A stretch of 64,000 bases of DNA from an uncultured bacterium (GTDB taxonomy: Bacteria; UBP14; UBA6098; B30-G16). Below the pieces are notes generated by a model. The model had not been told where the DNA came from. It did no database searches and worked only from the letters and a program-made list of their open reading frames with translations. Made by a program: the position numbers and the translations under genes. The stretch spans positions 1 through 64,000 of the forward strand of contig CBEVQY010000002.1 in the NCBI GenBank assembly GCA_965552135.1, written 5' to 3'. Positions 19,003-28,177 of this stretch are shown here, in pieces. Each line of letters begins with the position of its first letter. Position 1 is the first letter of the stretch.

Positions 19003-20679
19003 ATGAGGGCGCCATTTGTGGCAGCGCTGTGGCTCCTTTCGTTCTGCACCCTGGGCTTTGCCCAAAGCTTTGTGGACAGTATATCGGTCGAGCAGCTTCG
19101 CGACGGAAGCGAGCTTGTGCGGATATGCTACAGGGCGCACAACATCTACGACAGCACCGTCGCGGTTGCGGCGCAGGGGATGTGGCCCGACTCGACCACC
19201 TGGTCGATACCGCTTATCACGCTTTTGGACACGCTCTCGTCATACCCGGCGCCCAACTACGGCTGGAACGTCGACGCCACCTACGACGGCGTTTGGCACT
19301 GCTTTCTGTGGCATGCGCCAAGCGACATCGGGGAGGTTGAGCGCTGTGGGTTCAGGCTCAGGTTCGCGGTGTACGATTCTATGCTTTCGTCCTTCAGGCT
19401 AGTCGACTCCTTCTCGGTGCACGACACGCTCCACCCCGAAGTGAACGCATTTGGGCTCGCATACCACAACGGGAAGCTCTGGGTCCTCTTCCACAGCGAC
19501 TTGACCCACGAGTGCTGGCTTGTGCCCTACGCCTTCCCCGACATGGTCCCCACCGACACCTTCTTCGTCGGGACCGTGACGGTGGGACCATCGGATATCG
19601 CCTTCGCCGGCGACAGACTATTTTGGACGGAGGACACGAGGGTCCTTCTTAAGGAATACGACTTCGAGACGGGGGAATCGCACGTTGTTCGCGGCGACTG
19701 GTGGGATCTGCCCGGCACCGAGAACCACATAGCCGGCGCAGCGTTCGATGGTGAGAAGCTTTGGGTTTGCTTTTGCAGCGGAACGTTCGTCGCGCTCGAT
19801 ACGTCGGATTTCTCGCTTGTGGACACCATGTTCTTCTCCGACTTCGGCGCGGACATCCCAGCGACGTGCGCCGACGGGCTTGCGTGGGGATTGGGGCTTT
19901 TGTGGTGCTTCAGCAACGACAACATCATCTACGCCATCGACGTGAAGACCAAGTCGATCGTTTACGAGATACCCACCGGCGAGGTTGTGGTTGCGACCGG
20001 CGCGGAGGGCTGCGCCTGGGACGGCGTAAACCTCTGGGTCGTCGACTACGGCAGAGGCTTTGTTTATAAGGTGGCGCTCTTCGACAGGATACAGTTTTAC
20101 GTATCGCGTGAGTTCTGCCTCGATAACGTTCCGCCGAGGCTTTCGTGGATTGCGCCCTCCTGCCCCGACTACTCCGACACGTTCGCCGCATGCGACAGCG
20201 TGGAGCTTTCGTGGACCATCGAAGACAGCAACGCCGCCGGCGGAACGGTCTGGATAACGCAGGAGGACGACACGCTGGCTGTGGTTCCGGCGGAGACGAC
20301 CCATATCCTCTGGAGCGTCTTCCCCTGGCCCGGCTGGGATGGGTCCCTCAGGCTCTCCGCCGCCGATGCATTCGGAAACGAGAACCACACAAACTCGTGC
20401 CGATTCTGCATCGCCTCAAGCGGCGTAAGCGAGCTTTCGCCGCCTGCGGCTGAGCTTATGGCGTTCCCAAATCCGTTCAACGACGCGTGCGTTGTGGTGG
20501 GCGCCCCGGGCGCCGAGGTCGAGGTCTTCGACATCTTCGGTCGCGCCGTGGATCGCTTCACGATCCCCCGCTCCGGCAGAGCCACGTGGTCGCCCAAAGG
20601 GGCGCCGACGGGGGTGTACCTAATAAGACTCCACGCCGGGGGCAAAACCGAACTGGCGCGGGTGGTGTATTTGCGATAG
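19003..20679 (+). CDS. Secreted beta-propeller protein with T9SS type A-like C-terminal domain
   Basis: Signal peptide ending GFA|Q; repeated GLAY/GAAFDG/GLAWG/GCAWDG..LW blades; C-terminal FPNPFN...EVFDIFGR...TGVYLIR. Confidence 0.75.
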   Translation: MRAPFVAALWLLSFCTLGFAQSFVDSISVEQLRDGSELVRICYRAHNIYDSTVAVAAQGMWPDSTTWSIPLITLLDTLSSYPAPNYGWNVDATYDGVWHCFLWHAPSDIGEVERCGFRLRFAVYDSMLSSFRLVDSFSVHDTLHPEVNAFGLAYHNGKLWVLFHSDLTHECWLVPYAFPDMVPTDTFFVGTVTVGPSDIAFAGDRLFWTEDTRVLLKEYDFETGESHVVRGDWWDLPGTENHIAGAAFDGEKLWVCFCSGTFVALDTSDFSLVDTMFFSDFGADIPATCADGLAWGLGLLWCFSNDNIIYAIDVKTKSIVYEIPTGEVVVATGAEGCAWDGVNLWVVDYGRGFVYKVALFDRIQFYVSREFCLDNVPPRLSWIAPSCPDYSDTFAACDSVELSWTIEDSNAAGGTVWITQEDDTLAVVPAETTHILWSVFPWPGWDGSLRLSAADAFGNENHTNSCRFCIASSGVSELSPPAAELMAFPNPFNDACVVVGAPGAEVEVFDIFGRAVDRFTIPRSGRATWSPKGAPTGVYLIRLHAGGKTELARVVYLR

Positions 20680-20841
20680 CCTCTCCGCAGCCAAGCGGAC
20701 CGACAGACATGCCTGAGCCTCCCGCCCAATCGCTCATTAAGACAGGCATTGTCGCGGGGAAACCCCACAAGGCTCCGCCGTCCCCACCAAAGGGACCCAG
20801 CACGCGCACCTGCAAGCCAAAACGCGCACCCGACAGGGAGG

Positions 20842-21441
20842 CTACGAAGTGTACTTCTTGAGGTACTCCTCGCCCATCTCGAATCCCAGCTCGAGGGCTT
20901 TGACGTTCATATCGAGGTAGCGGGTGCCCTTGAACCTGTCCTCGACGGCGTCGCGGATCGACTGCTTCGAGACTATCCCCGTAAATGTCGACAGGAAACC
21001 GAGGGCGATTATGTTTGCGACGATGGGTTTTCCGAACTTTTTGCGCGCCGTATCGATGAACGGCACCACGACGACCCTGCAGCCATTCTTCGGCGCGCCG
21101 TTGAAAGCGCTCTCGTCGGCTATTATCAGGCCGTCCTCCTCAAGCTGATTGCAGTACTTGTCGTAGGCGGCTTTCGTGAAGGCAACAAGAAGGTCGATGT
21201 TGTGGCACTCGGGGAAGTAGATCTCCTCGTCGCTTACGATGATATCCGCCCTCGAGGCTCCGCCCCTCGCCTCCGGTCCATACGACTGGCTCTGCGCAAC
21301 GTTCCTGCCGTCGCCTATGGCGATCGCCTCGCCCAAAAGCATCCCCGTCGATATTATGCCCTGCCCACCGGCGCCCGAAATCCTTATCTCGAACCGGCGA
21401 ACGTGGTCGGGTAGCATCTTCCCAAACCTCTTCCCCGACAT
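20842..21441 (-). CDS. korC: 2-oxoacid:ferredoxin oxidoreductase gamma subunit
   Basis: EIRISGAGGQG, QSYGPEARGGAS, NIIALG, MNVKALELG. Confidence 0.9.
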   Translation of the reverse strand: MSGKRFGKMLPDHVRRFEIRISGAGGQGIISTGMLLGEAIAIGDGRNVAQSQSYGPEARGGASRADIIVSDEEIYFPECHNIDLLVAFTKAAYDKYCNQLEEDGLIIADESAFNGAPKNGCRVVVVPFIDTARKKFGKPIVANIIALGFLSTFTGIVSKQSIRDAVEDRFKGTRYLDMNVKALELGFEMGEEYLKKYTS

Positions 21442-21456
21442 CTCCCTCGCCTCCTT

Positions 21457-22287
21457 TTAGCTCTTCTCCCCGCGGATGCGGGCAACAAGGTCCCAGTAGG
21501 ATTTCGTGTATTCGGGGCGCTTCTCCTCGCGGAATATCCCCGTAATTATCTTCCCCTCAAGCTCCTCGGGCGACATGTTCTTCGCCTTCGAAAGGGGAAC
21601 GGCATTTTGCTTTTGCCACAAAAGCATATCCTTGGGATCAGGCATCTGGTTCAGCCTGCCGTAAAGCGTGGGACACTGGCTTACGACCTCGACCATCGCG
21701 AACCCTTCGTGCTCGATAGCCTTTTTTATGTAATTTGTGGTTTGCACGATGTGGTACGTTGTTCCCCTTGCGACGAAGGTGGCGCCTGCGCCCAGCGCAA
21801 GCTGGACGGCGTCGAAGGGCGGGTCGATGTTGCCGTAGGGCGCGGTGTGAGCCTTAGCGCCCAGGGGCGTTGTGGGGGCTACCTGCCCACCCGTCATGCC
21901 GTAGATGGAGTTGTTGATGAGCACAAGCGTGAGGTCTATGTTGCGCCTGGCGGCATGTATGAAGTGATTGCCGCCTATGGCCAAGGCGTCGCCGTCGCCG
22001 GAGACGATTATAACCTTCATCTCGGGCCGGGCAAGCTTTATACCAAGCGCAAATGGAATCGCCCTGCCGTGGGTGGTGTGGAGGGTGTTCAGGTCGAGGT
22101 ATATAGGCATCCTGCTTGAGCAACCGATGCCCGAGACAAGAGCCACTTTATCCTTCGGAATCTTAAGCTCGATAAGCGCCCTTATTATCGCCCCCGCCAC
22201 CGTGCCGATGCCACATCCCGCGCACCAAACCGTTGGGAACACATAGCGCCAGCGAAGATAGCTGTGAACCTCCGACGTCTCTATCAT
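21457..22287 (-). CDS. korB: 2-oxoacid:ferredoxin oxidoreductase beta subunit (TPP-binding)
   Basis: WCAGCG, SGIGCS, HTTHGRA, GDGD...GGNH...NN..YGMTGGQ; start ATG 22287. Confidence 0.93.
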   Translation of the reverse strand: MIETSEVHSYLRWRYVFPTVWCAGCGIGTVAGAIIRALIELKIPKDKVALVSGIGCSSRMPIYLDLNTLHTTHGRAIPFALGIKLARPEMKVIIVSGDGDALAIGGNHFIHAARRNIDLTLVLINNSIYGMTGGQVAPTTPLGAKAHTAPYGNIDPPFDAVQLALGAGATFVARGTTYHIVQTTNYIKKAIEHEGFAMVEVVSQCPTLYGRLNQMPDPKDMLLWQKQNAVPLSKAKNMSPEELEGKIITGIFREEKRPEYTKSYWDLVARIRGEKS

Positions 22288-23447
22288 AGCGCCTCCTTGA
22301 CGGCTTCTACGATCTGGTCGGGCTCGAGAGGGTGCCCGTCGTAGCGGTTGCATCCCAGAACTTTGATGTCGTGGGGCAGCGCCTCGCGAACCATGTGGAT
22401 CATCTGCCCCATGTTGTTTTCGGCGACGATAACGACTGAAGCCCCGCTCCGCTCAACTATCTGCGCCAAAGGCTCGTAGGGGAAGGGCCAGATCGTCTTA
22501 AGCTCCATAAGTCCCGTTGGGACGTTTTGGACCTTGAGTGTTTCTATCGCTCCCCTGGCGGCTCGCGCCGCGCTGCCGTAAGCAACCACAACGCACCGCG
22601 CCCCATCGATGTAGTACTCCTTCCAGTCCCAGATCTCCTCCCTGTGCTTCATTATCTTCTGCCTCATGTTGTCGAGGCAGTCGGCGATGCGGGAGGGGAC
22701 GGAGGTTGGGAAGCCTGCGCGGTCGTGGGTAAGACCGGTTATGCTGTAGCGAAAACCTCTGCCGAAAGGCGCAAGGTGGCAGATGAACTCGTCGTCCGGC
22801 TTGTAGGGAAGGTACCACTCCGGCGGAACCTTCGGCTCGTGACGGCTCACAGGAACAGGATTATTCACACGGTTTAGCACAACCTTCTCCCTCATGTGAC
22901 CGATAAGCTCGTCCAGTAGGAACGCAACGGGCGTGCTGAACCTTTCGGCAAGCTCGAACGCCCTTATGATCATATCGTAGGTTTCCTGCACGGAGGATGG
23001 CGCAATGGCGATTGCGGTGTAGTCGCCGTGGGTTCCCCACTGAGCCTGCATGGTGTCGGACTGGGAGAGCATGGTCGGCAGCCCCGTCGATGGTCCGCCG
23101 CGCTGAACGTCGACGACGACAACAGGAAGCTGAACCATATAGGCGTAGCCGATGTTCTCCTGCATAAGCGAAAACCCAGGTCCCGAGGTAGCCGTCATCG
23201 AAACCATGCCAGCAGCCGAAGCACCTATGATCGCCGCAATCGATGCGATCTCGTCCTCCATCTGTATGAAGACCCCTCCGACCTTGGGGAGCTCCCTTGC
23301 CATGCCCTCCGCTATCTCGGTTGAGGGCGTTATGGGGTAGCCAGCAAAGAACCTGCACCCGGCGTGTATTGCGCCGTAAACGCAGGCGTCGTTGCCCTGA
23401 ATGAACATTATCGGGTAGCCTTCGGGGGTGGTTCTGTTGAGCGGCAT
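22284..23447 (-). CDS. korA: 2-oxoacid:ferredoxin oxidoreductase alpha subunit
   Basis: QGNDA, AGYPITPSTEI, QMEDEI, TATSGPGFSLMQE, QRGGPSTG. Confidence 0.93.
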   Translation of the reverse strand: MPLNRTTPEGYPIMFIQGNDACVYGAIHAGCRFFAGYPITPSTEIAEGMARELPKVGGVFIQMEDEIASIAAIIGASAAGMVSMTATSGPGFSLMQENIGYAYMVQLPVVVVDVQRGGPSTGLPTMLSQSDTMQAQWGTHGDYTAIAIAPSSVQETYDMIIRAFELAERFSTPVAFLLDELIGHMREKVVLNRVNNPVPVSRHEPKVPPEWYLPYKPDDEFICHLAPFGRGFRYSITGLTHDRAGFPTSVPSRIADCLDNMRQKIMKHREEIWDWKEYYIDGARCVVVAYGSAARAARGAIETLKVQNVPTGLMELKTIWPFPYEPLAQIVERSGASVVIVAENNMGQMIHMVREALPHDIKVLGCNRYDGHPLEPDQIVEAVKEAL

Positions 23448-23448
23448 G

Positions 23449-23736
23449 TCACTTGCCCTCCCAGTTAGGGTTGGGGATTATAGCGAAGTCGGGGCAAATG
23501 CGCCAACAAAGCGAACACAGCCTGCACTTTTCGTTTTCGGCCATATACGGTTTGCCGCTCTCATCCTCTGCTATGGCACCCGTCGGGCAAACGACCACGC
23601 AAAGCCCGCAGTGCTTACACCAATCGTAGAAGAAAACAAGCTTACCATCGACCGTGGGGGTGACCTCAGAGAAGCGGGGTTGGGGTGTGAGTTCTGACTC
23701 GGCGGCGGGACCTCCCGACGTGCAGTTGGACGACAT
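23449..23736 (-). CDS. korD: 2x[4Fe-4S] ferredoxin (oxidoreductase delta subunit)
   Basis: CKHCGLCVVVCP and CRLCSLCWRICPDFAI; first gene of the kor operon. Confidence 0.85.
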   Translation of the reverse strand: MSSNCTSGGPAAESELTPQPRFSEVTPTVDGKLVFFYDWCKHCGLCVVVCPTGAIAEDESGKPYMAENEKCRLCSLCWRICPDFAIIPNPNWEGK

Positions 23737-23878
23737 GACCTCCCTCCTGCCTTTCAAGCCTATCTATCTTATAGCTCTGCCCTCGGACGTCAAGCATTTT
23801 TTGCAAATATTTTTCGTTGCACGTCGAGCAGCCGAAGCTTTAAGTAAAGTTTTGAGCGATAACCTGTGGGGAGCTTCG

Positions 23879-25372
23879 ATGTCCTCTGGGAGCAGGAGGG
23901 CGCTTTTGGCTTTGCTTTCGGGGCTTATGTGGGCGGCAAGCTTCCCGCCCCTGCCCCTGGGATTCCTTGCATATTTTATGCTCATCCCACTTTGGAGTGC
24001 CCTCGAGGAGGCAAAAAGCCTTAAGCAAGCTGGAGTTGTTGGGTACCTCTGGGGCTTTGTGGCTACTTTGGGAACGCTTTGGTGGATATACATCCCCACG
24101 GTGGCTGGTCTTGTTGCGCTTTCGCTTTTCCTGCCTCTCTATGGGGCGCTTTACGCCGCGCTGCACCACACGATCGCCCGAAGGAGCAAAGACCTTGCCG
24201 TCCTTGTGGCGCCCGTGCTTTTGGTCGCTGTGGAGTTTGTGCGCTCGTGGGGAAGGCTGGGGTTCCCCTGGATGAACCTCGCCTACACGCAAACGGGCTA
24301 CACGCTGTTCATCCAGTTCGCCGAGCTTTTTGGGAGCTTCGGCGTGTCGTTTTGGGTGGTTGCGATAAACGTTTGCTTCTACTTTTTGCTCAGGCGACCC
24401 CTGCCGCGCCTTTGGTGGCTTTCGGTCTTTGCGCTTGTGCTCCTTTTCGGCGGCGCGGCGATCTACGGTATCTACAGCCTCAGGCGGGAGTTCGACGGCA
24501 AGCCCCTCGATGTGGCGCTCCTGCAGGGGAACGTCGACCCCTACAAGAAGTGGACGCGCAGCTTCCGCCGCAAAAACGCAAAGCTTTATGCCGACATGCT
24601 CCGAAGCGTCGACGGCAAAGCCGACCTGTGCATCCTGCCCGAAACCGCAACGGCGTGCTACCACCGCCTGAGACCGTCGATGTTCTCGCCAATCGTCGAG
24701 GCAGTGATGGACATCAAAACGCCAACGCTTACGGGCACCCTCGACTTCGACGACCGTGACAGAAGAAAATACTTCAACTCCGCCATCCTGATCATGCCCG
24801 ACGGCTCCTACGACCAACGCTACGACAAAATTCAGCTTGTGCCCTTCAGCGAGCAGGTTCCGCTTCAGGAGACGTTCCCGTGGCTCAGGCGGCTGAACTT
24901 CGGCGGAAGCCACTTCACGAGGGGCGAAAGCTTTACCGTCTTCGAGTTCGACTCGGTGAGGTTCAGCGTTCTCATCTGCTACGAGTCGATCTTCGGCTGG
25001 CTGGGCAGGCGCTTCAGGAACGCCGGGGCGCAGTTTCTCGTCAACATCACCAACGACGGCTGGTTCGGACGCACATCGGGACCCTTCCAGCACGCAATGT
25101 TCAACGTGATGCGCGCGATAGAGAACCGCTGCTGGATCGCAAGGTGCGCCAACACCGGCGTCTCCATGTTCGTCGACCCGTACGGGAGGGTGGTGAGGAA
25201 AACGGGCATCTTCACGAAGGCGATACTCACAGGCAGGATATTCGCCACAGACCACAAAACCCTCTACGACCGCATAGGCGACGTCGTTGGGTGGGCGGCG
25301 CTTGCCGCAACGCCCATTATCATCCTTCTTGTGAAACCGACCGGGCAGGACCGCAGGGAGGGATGCGCTTGA
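23879..25372 (+). CDS. lnt: Apolipoprotein N-acyltransferase
   Basis: TM helices; GFPW, QGN, LPETA, YDKIQLVPFSE, ICYES, NITNDGWF, RAIENR, ANTG. Confidence 0.94.
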   Translation: MSSGSRRALLALLSGLMWAASFPPLPLGFLAYFMLIPLWSALEEAKSLKQAGVVGYLWGFVATLGTLWWIYIPTVAGLVALSLFLPLYGALYAALHHTIARRSKDLAVLVAPVLLVAVEFVRSWGRLGFPWMNLAYTQTGYTLFIQFAELFGSFGVSFWVVAINVCFYFLLRRPLPRLWWLSVFALVLLFGGAAIYGIYSLRREFDGKPLDVALLQGNVDPYKKWTRSFRRKNAKLYADMLRSVDGKADLCILPETATACYHRLRPSMFSPIVEAVMDIKTPTLTGTLDFDDRDRRKYFNSAILIMPDGSYDQRYDKIQLVPFSEQVPLQETFPWLRRLNFGGSHFTRGESFTVFEFDSVRFSVLICYESIFGWLGRRFRNAGAQFLVNITNDGWFGRTSGPFQHAMFNVMRAIENRCWIARCANTGVSMFVDPYGRVVRKTGIFTKAILTGRIFATDHKTLYDRIGDVVGWAALAATPIIILLVKPTGQDRREGCA

Positions 25373-26283
25373 AACGCCTTTGGCTTGCACCGCTTTTGGG
25401 CGTGCTTTTGGCCGGCTGCGGCAGGGAGGCGAGCATCCAGCGTGTTCCTGGTTTCTCCGGCGAGCGCGCATACGAGCTTTTGGTGGCGCAGTGCCGCTTC
25501 GGACCGCGCCCCCCAAAAAGCAGCGCGCACGACTCGCTTATGCGGTGGCTCGTCGAATTCCTCGACACACTCGCCGACACCGTGTACCTCCAGCACTTCT
25601 CCGAGCTCGGATACGAGGGTGAGATTCTCCCCATGGCGAACGTCGTTGCGAGGTTTGGGCTTGGCAAAAGCTACAGGATTCTCCTCTGCGCCCACTGGGA
25701 CACTCGCCCCTGGGCGGACCGCGATCCCGAGGTGTCGAACCACACAAAACCGATCCCCGGCGCCAACGACGGCGCATCGGGCGTGGCTGTGCTGCTGCAT
25801 CTGGCCGAAATAATCCACGCAAAGCCCCCGCCCGTTGGGGTGGACATCGTCCTCTTCGACGGCGAGGACTACGGACACGAAGGCGATCTCGACCGCTACC
25901 TTATGGGGAGTCGATACTTCGCCCGCAACATCGTGAAGCCCGTGTGGCGGTTCGCCGTTCTGCTCGACATGATAGGCGACGCCGACCTTTGCATCCCCAA
26001 GGAGCGCTTTTCGGCGGAGAAATTCGCGCCCGATGTGATGGAGACGCTCTGGGCGCGGGCGAAGGAGCTTGGGCTCGAAGCCTTCAGGGATTCCCTCGGG
26101 CGACCCGTCATCGACGACCATCACCCCCTCGCTGCCGCGGGCGTGAAGGCGGTGGATCTGATCGACTTCGACTACCCCTACTGGCACACGCTTCAGGACA
26201 CCCCCGACAAATGCTCCCCCCGTTCCCTTGCGCAGGTCGGAAAGCTCCTTGTGGACGTCATCTACCGCCCGCCGAAGCTTTAG
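25363..26283 (+). CDS. M28-fold lipoprotein, glutaminyl cyclase-like
   Basis: Lipobox LLAGC; AHWDTRP, GANDGASG, FDGEDYG, LLDMIG, DDH, YWHT..DT. Confidence 0.8.
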   Translation: MRLKRLWLAPLLGVLLAGCGREASIQRVPGFSGERAYELLVAQCRFGPRPPKSSAHDSLMRWLVEFLDTLADTVYLQHFSELGYEGEILPMANVVARFGLGKSYRILLCAHWDTRPWADRDPEVSNHTKPIPGANDGASGVAVLLHLAEIIHAKPPPVGVDIVLFDGEDYGHEGDLDRYLMGSRYFARNIVKPVWRFAVLLDMIGDADLCIPKERFSAEKFAPDVMETLWARAKELGLEAFRDSLGRPVIDDHHPLAAAGVKAVDLIDFDYPYWHTLQDTPDKCSPRSLAQVGKLLVDVIYRPPKL

Positions 26284-28177
26284 CCGACCTTGCCGAGTCG
26301 GCGCGCCTCGCGAGGTCCTGCCTTATTATATCCGCGCCGCCGGGGGGCAAAAGCGGCTCCAGAAGCTCAACCGTCCTAAACGCCGAGGCGTAGTCGCCAC
26401 GCTCAACCTGAACGACGAGAAGGTTCTTCAGGATCTCCACGCTTCGCGGTTCGAACGTCAGCGCGAAGCGCAGATACTCCTCGCACTCGGCAAGCCTCCC
26501 AAGGGCGTGGAGGTAAGCCGCCCTCGCAAGCGCAAACCTGGGATAGCTTTTGTAGACGACCTTCTGTCGTTCGTCCCACAGGGCGCGCCTTCTAAGCGTG
26601 GCATCGACCTCAAAGAGAGCGGCTGGGAGCCTTCTGTAGCCCTTTCCGCCGTCGACGCGCATCAAAAAGCCCTCGGGAACGCCGTCGAGGCGGAACGACA
26701 CCGTCTTCGGCGGGATGTACGCGTAGACCGCGCCGCGCCAGCCGCCCACCATTGCCAATATCATCGCCTCATACGCCCTCTGAAGCCGCATGGCGTCGTA
26801 CGGCTCGCCGGCCTCGAAGGGCCTCACCGCATCGACGAAAGCCTCCATCTGCGCCGACGCCTCGGGATGTCGACCCAAAAGCTCCGAAACGTACCAGGAG
26901 CGCTTGAGCAACGATACGTCGACCAGCTCAAGCGAGGGTCGCAGCCCCTCGCAAAGCTGCATGTAGATGCCCGGGGAGTACATGTCCCAGCTGCCCAGAA
27001 GGAGCAGCGACCCGGGCGGCGGGAAGAGGAGCACGTTTTCGGCATACTCCCTCGCCGACCAGTCGTCGCTTCGGTCGCACCCTTTGGCGTTGGTTGCAGC
27101 CATCGCCGCGGCGACGGCGGCAACGGCGACAGCGGAAAACCACCTCCGCCCAATGAGAAGCTCAACTCCCGCCGAAAGCGCCGCGCAAACGCCGGCAAGC
27201 GGAATGTAGTACGGGGCGATATCTGGAATGTGGTAGTTTACCGCATATGCGACGTCCGCGGCGGCGATGAGCGCAAGGAAGGCGAAGAACTTTGGCTTTT
27301 TGACCGCGCTTCCCACCGCGCCCACCGCCGTCAAAACCAAAAAAACTCCGCCACCGTTGAGGAAGATGAGACGCAAAAGCTCCTTAACGCTTGACGCAAG
27401 CTCACCCCCGCCGGAGAACATCCAAACGCGGTACTGCCAGGCCGTAAGGTGTCGGAGGAGCCTCTGCAGCGTTTTCGGATCGCCCCAGTTCAGCGCTGGC
27501 GCAGCCGATGCGCGGACGGGCAGATAAAGGTAAAGCGTCAGCGCAAGCGCGAAGGCGAAAAAAGCCCAAAGCAAAGCTTTCATCCCAAGCGCGCGCCTGC
27601 CGTCCCAGAGCAAAAACGCAAAAGCCGGAACGAAGAAAAGCATGCTCATATGATGCGCGAAGCCAAGACCGGTTATGTACGCCCCAAGGACAAGGATGCG
27701 CGGGTTTTGGGTTACACGCCATCTCCAGAGCGCCGCCGCAGCCGACCACTGCAGAAACGTGGACATGGCGTAAACCTCGGTCACCACCGCCTCGTTCCAC
27801 AAAAGTTTTCCGAAGGCGAGGCAAAGCGCCGCCGCAGCCGAGACGGGCTTGGAGAACCCCACGCCCCTCAGGAGTGCAAACATCGCCACGGCTGCCAGCG
27901 CCCCGAAGAGGGCGGAGAGCGCGTTTGTCGCAAGCACAGGCGGAAGCGCCGCGAAAACGGAGACGAAAACGCGCCCAAAGAGGGTGTAGAGGGGATACCC
28001 CGTCGGGTGAGCGACGCCAAGCGTAGCACAAACCGCCGCAAGCTCGCCCGAGTCGGACAGCGCAATCGTCGGGCACAGCGTCAGGATATAAGCCCCCGCG
28101 GCGAAGGCGAAGACGAAAGCGCCCACCACGACGTCCGACCAGAACATGCCGAAGTTGCGCGACATCTCAGCCCTCAC
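26258..28177 (-). CDS. DUF2723 / TMEM260-like GT-C glycosyltransferase with C-terminal TPR
   Basis: TLCPTI..SDSGEL...LGVAHPTGYPLY, EVY, HHMS, YLYLPVR...NWGDP; many TM helices. Confidence 0.85.
   Translation of the reverse strand: MRAEMSRNFGMFWSDVVVGAFVFAFAAGAYILTLCPTIALSDSGELAAVCATLGVAHPTGYPLYTLFGRVFVSVFAALPPVLATNALSALFGALAAVAMFALLRGVGFSKPVSAAAALCLAFGKLLWNEAVVTEVYAMSTFLQWSAAAALWRWRVTQNPRILVLGAYITGLGFAHHMSMLFFVPAFAFLLWDGRRALGMKALLWAFFAFALALTLYLYLPVRASAAPALNWGDPKTLQRLLRHLTAWQYRVWMFSGGGELASSVKELLRLIFLNGGGVFLVLTAVGAVGSAVKKPKFFAFLALIAAADVAYAVNYHIPDIAPYYIPLAGVCAALSAGVELLIGRRWFSAVAVAAVAAAMAATNAKGCDRSDDWSAREYAENVLLFPPPGSLLLLGSWDMYSPGIYMQLCEGLRPSLELVDVSLLKRSWYVSELLGRHPEASAQMEAFVDAVRPFEAGEPYDAMRLQRAYEAMILAMVGGWRGAVYAYIPPKTVSFRLDGVPEGFLMRVDGGKGYRRLPAALFEVDATLRRRALWDERQKVVYKSYPRFALARAAYLHALGRLAECEEYLRFALTFEPRSVEILKNLLVVQVERGDYASAFRTVELLEPLLPPGGADIIRQDLARRADSARSAKASAGGR

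Noticed and set aside
23840..25516. 558-aa minus-strand ORF
   Set aside because: Antisense to the well-supported lnt gene
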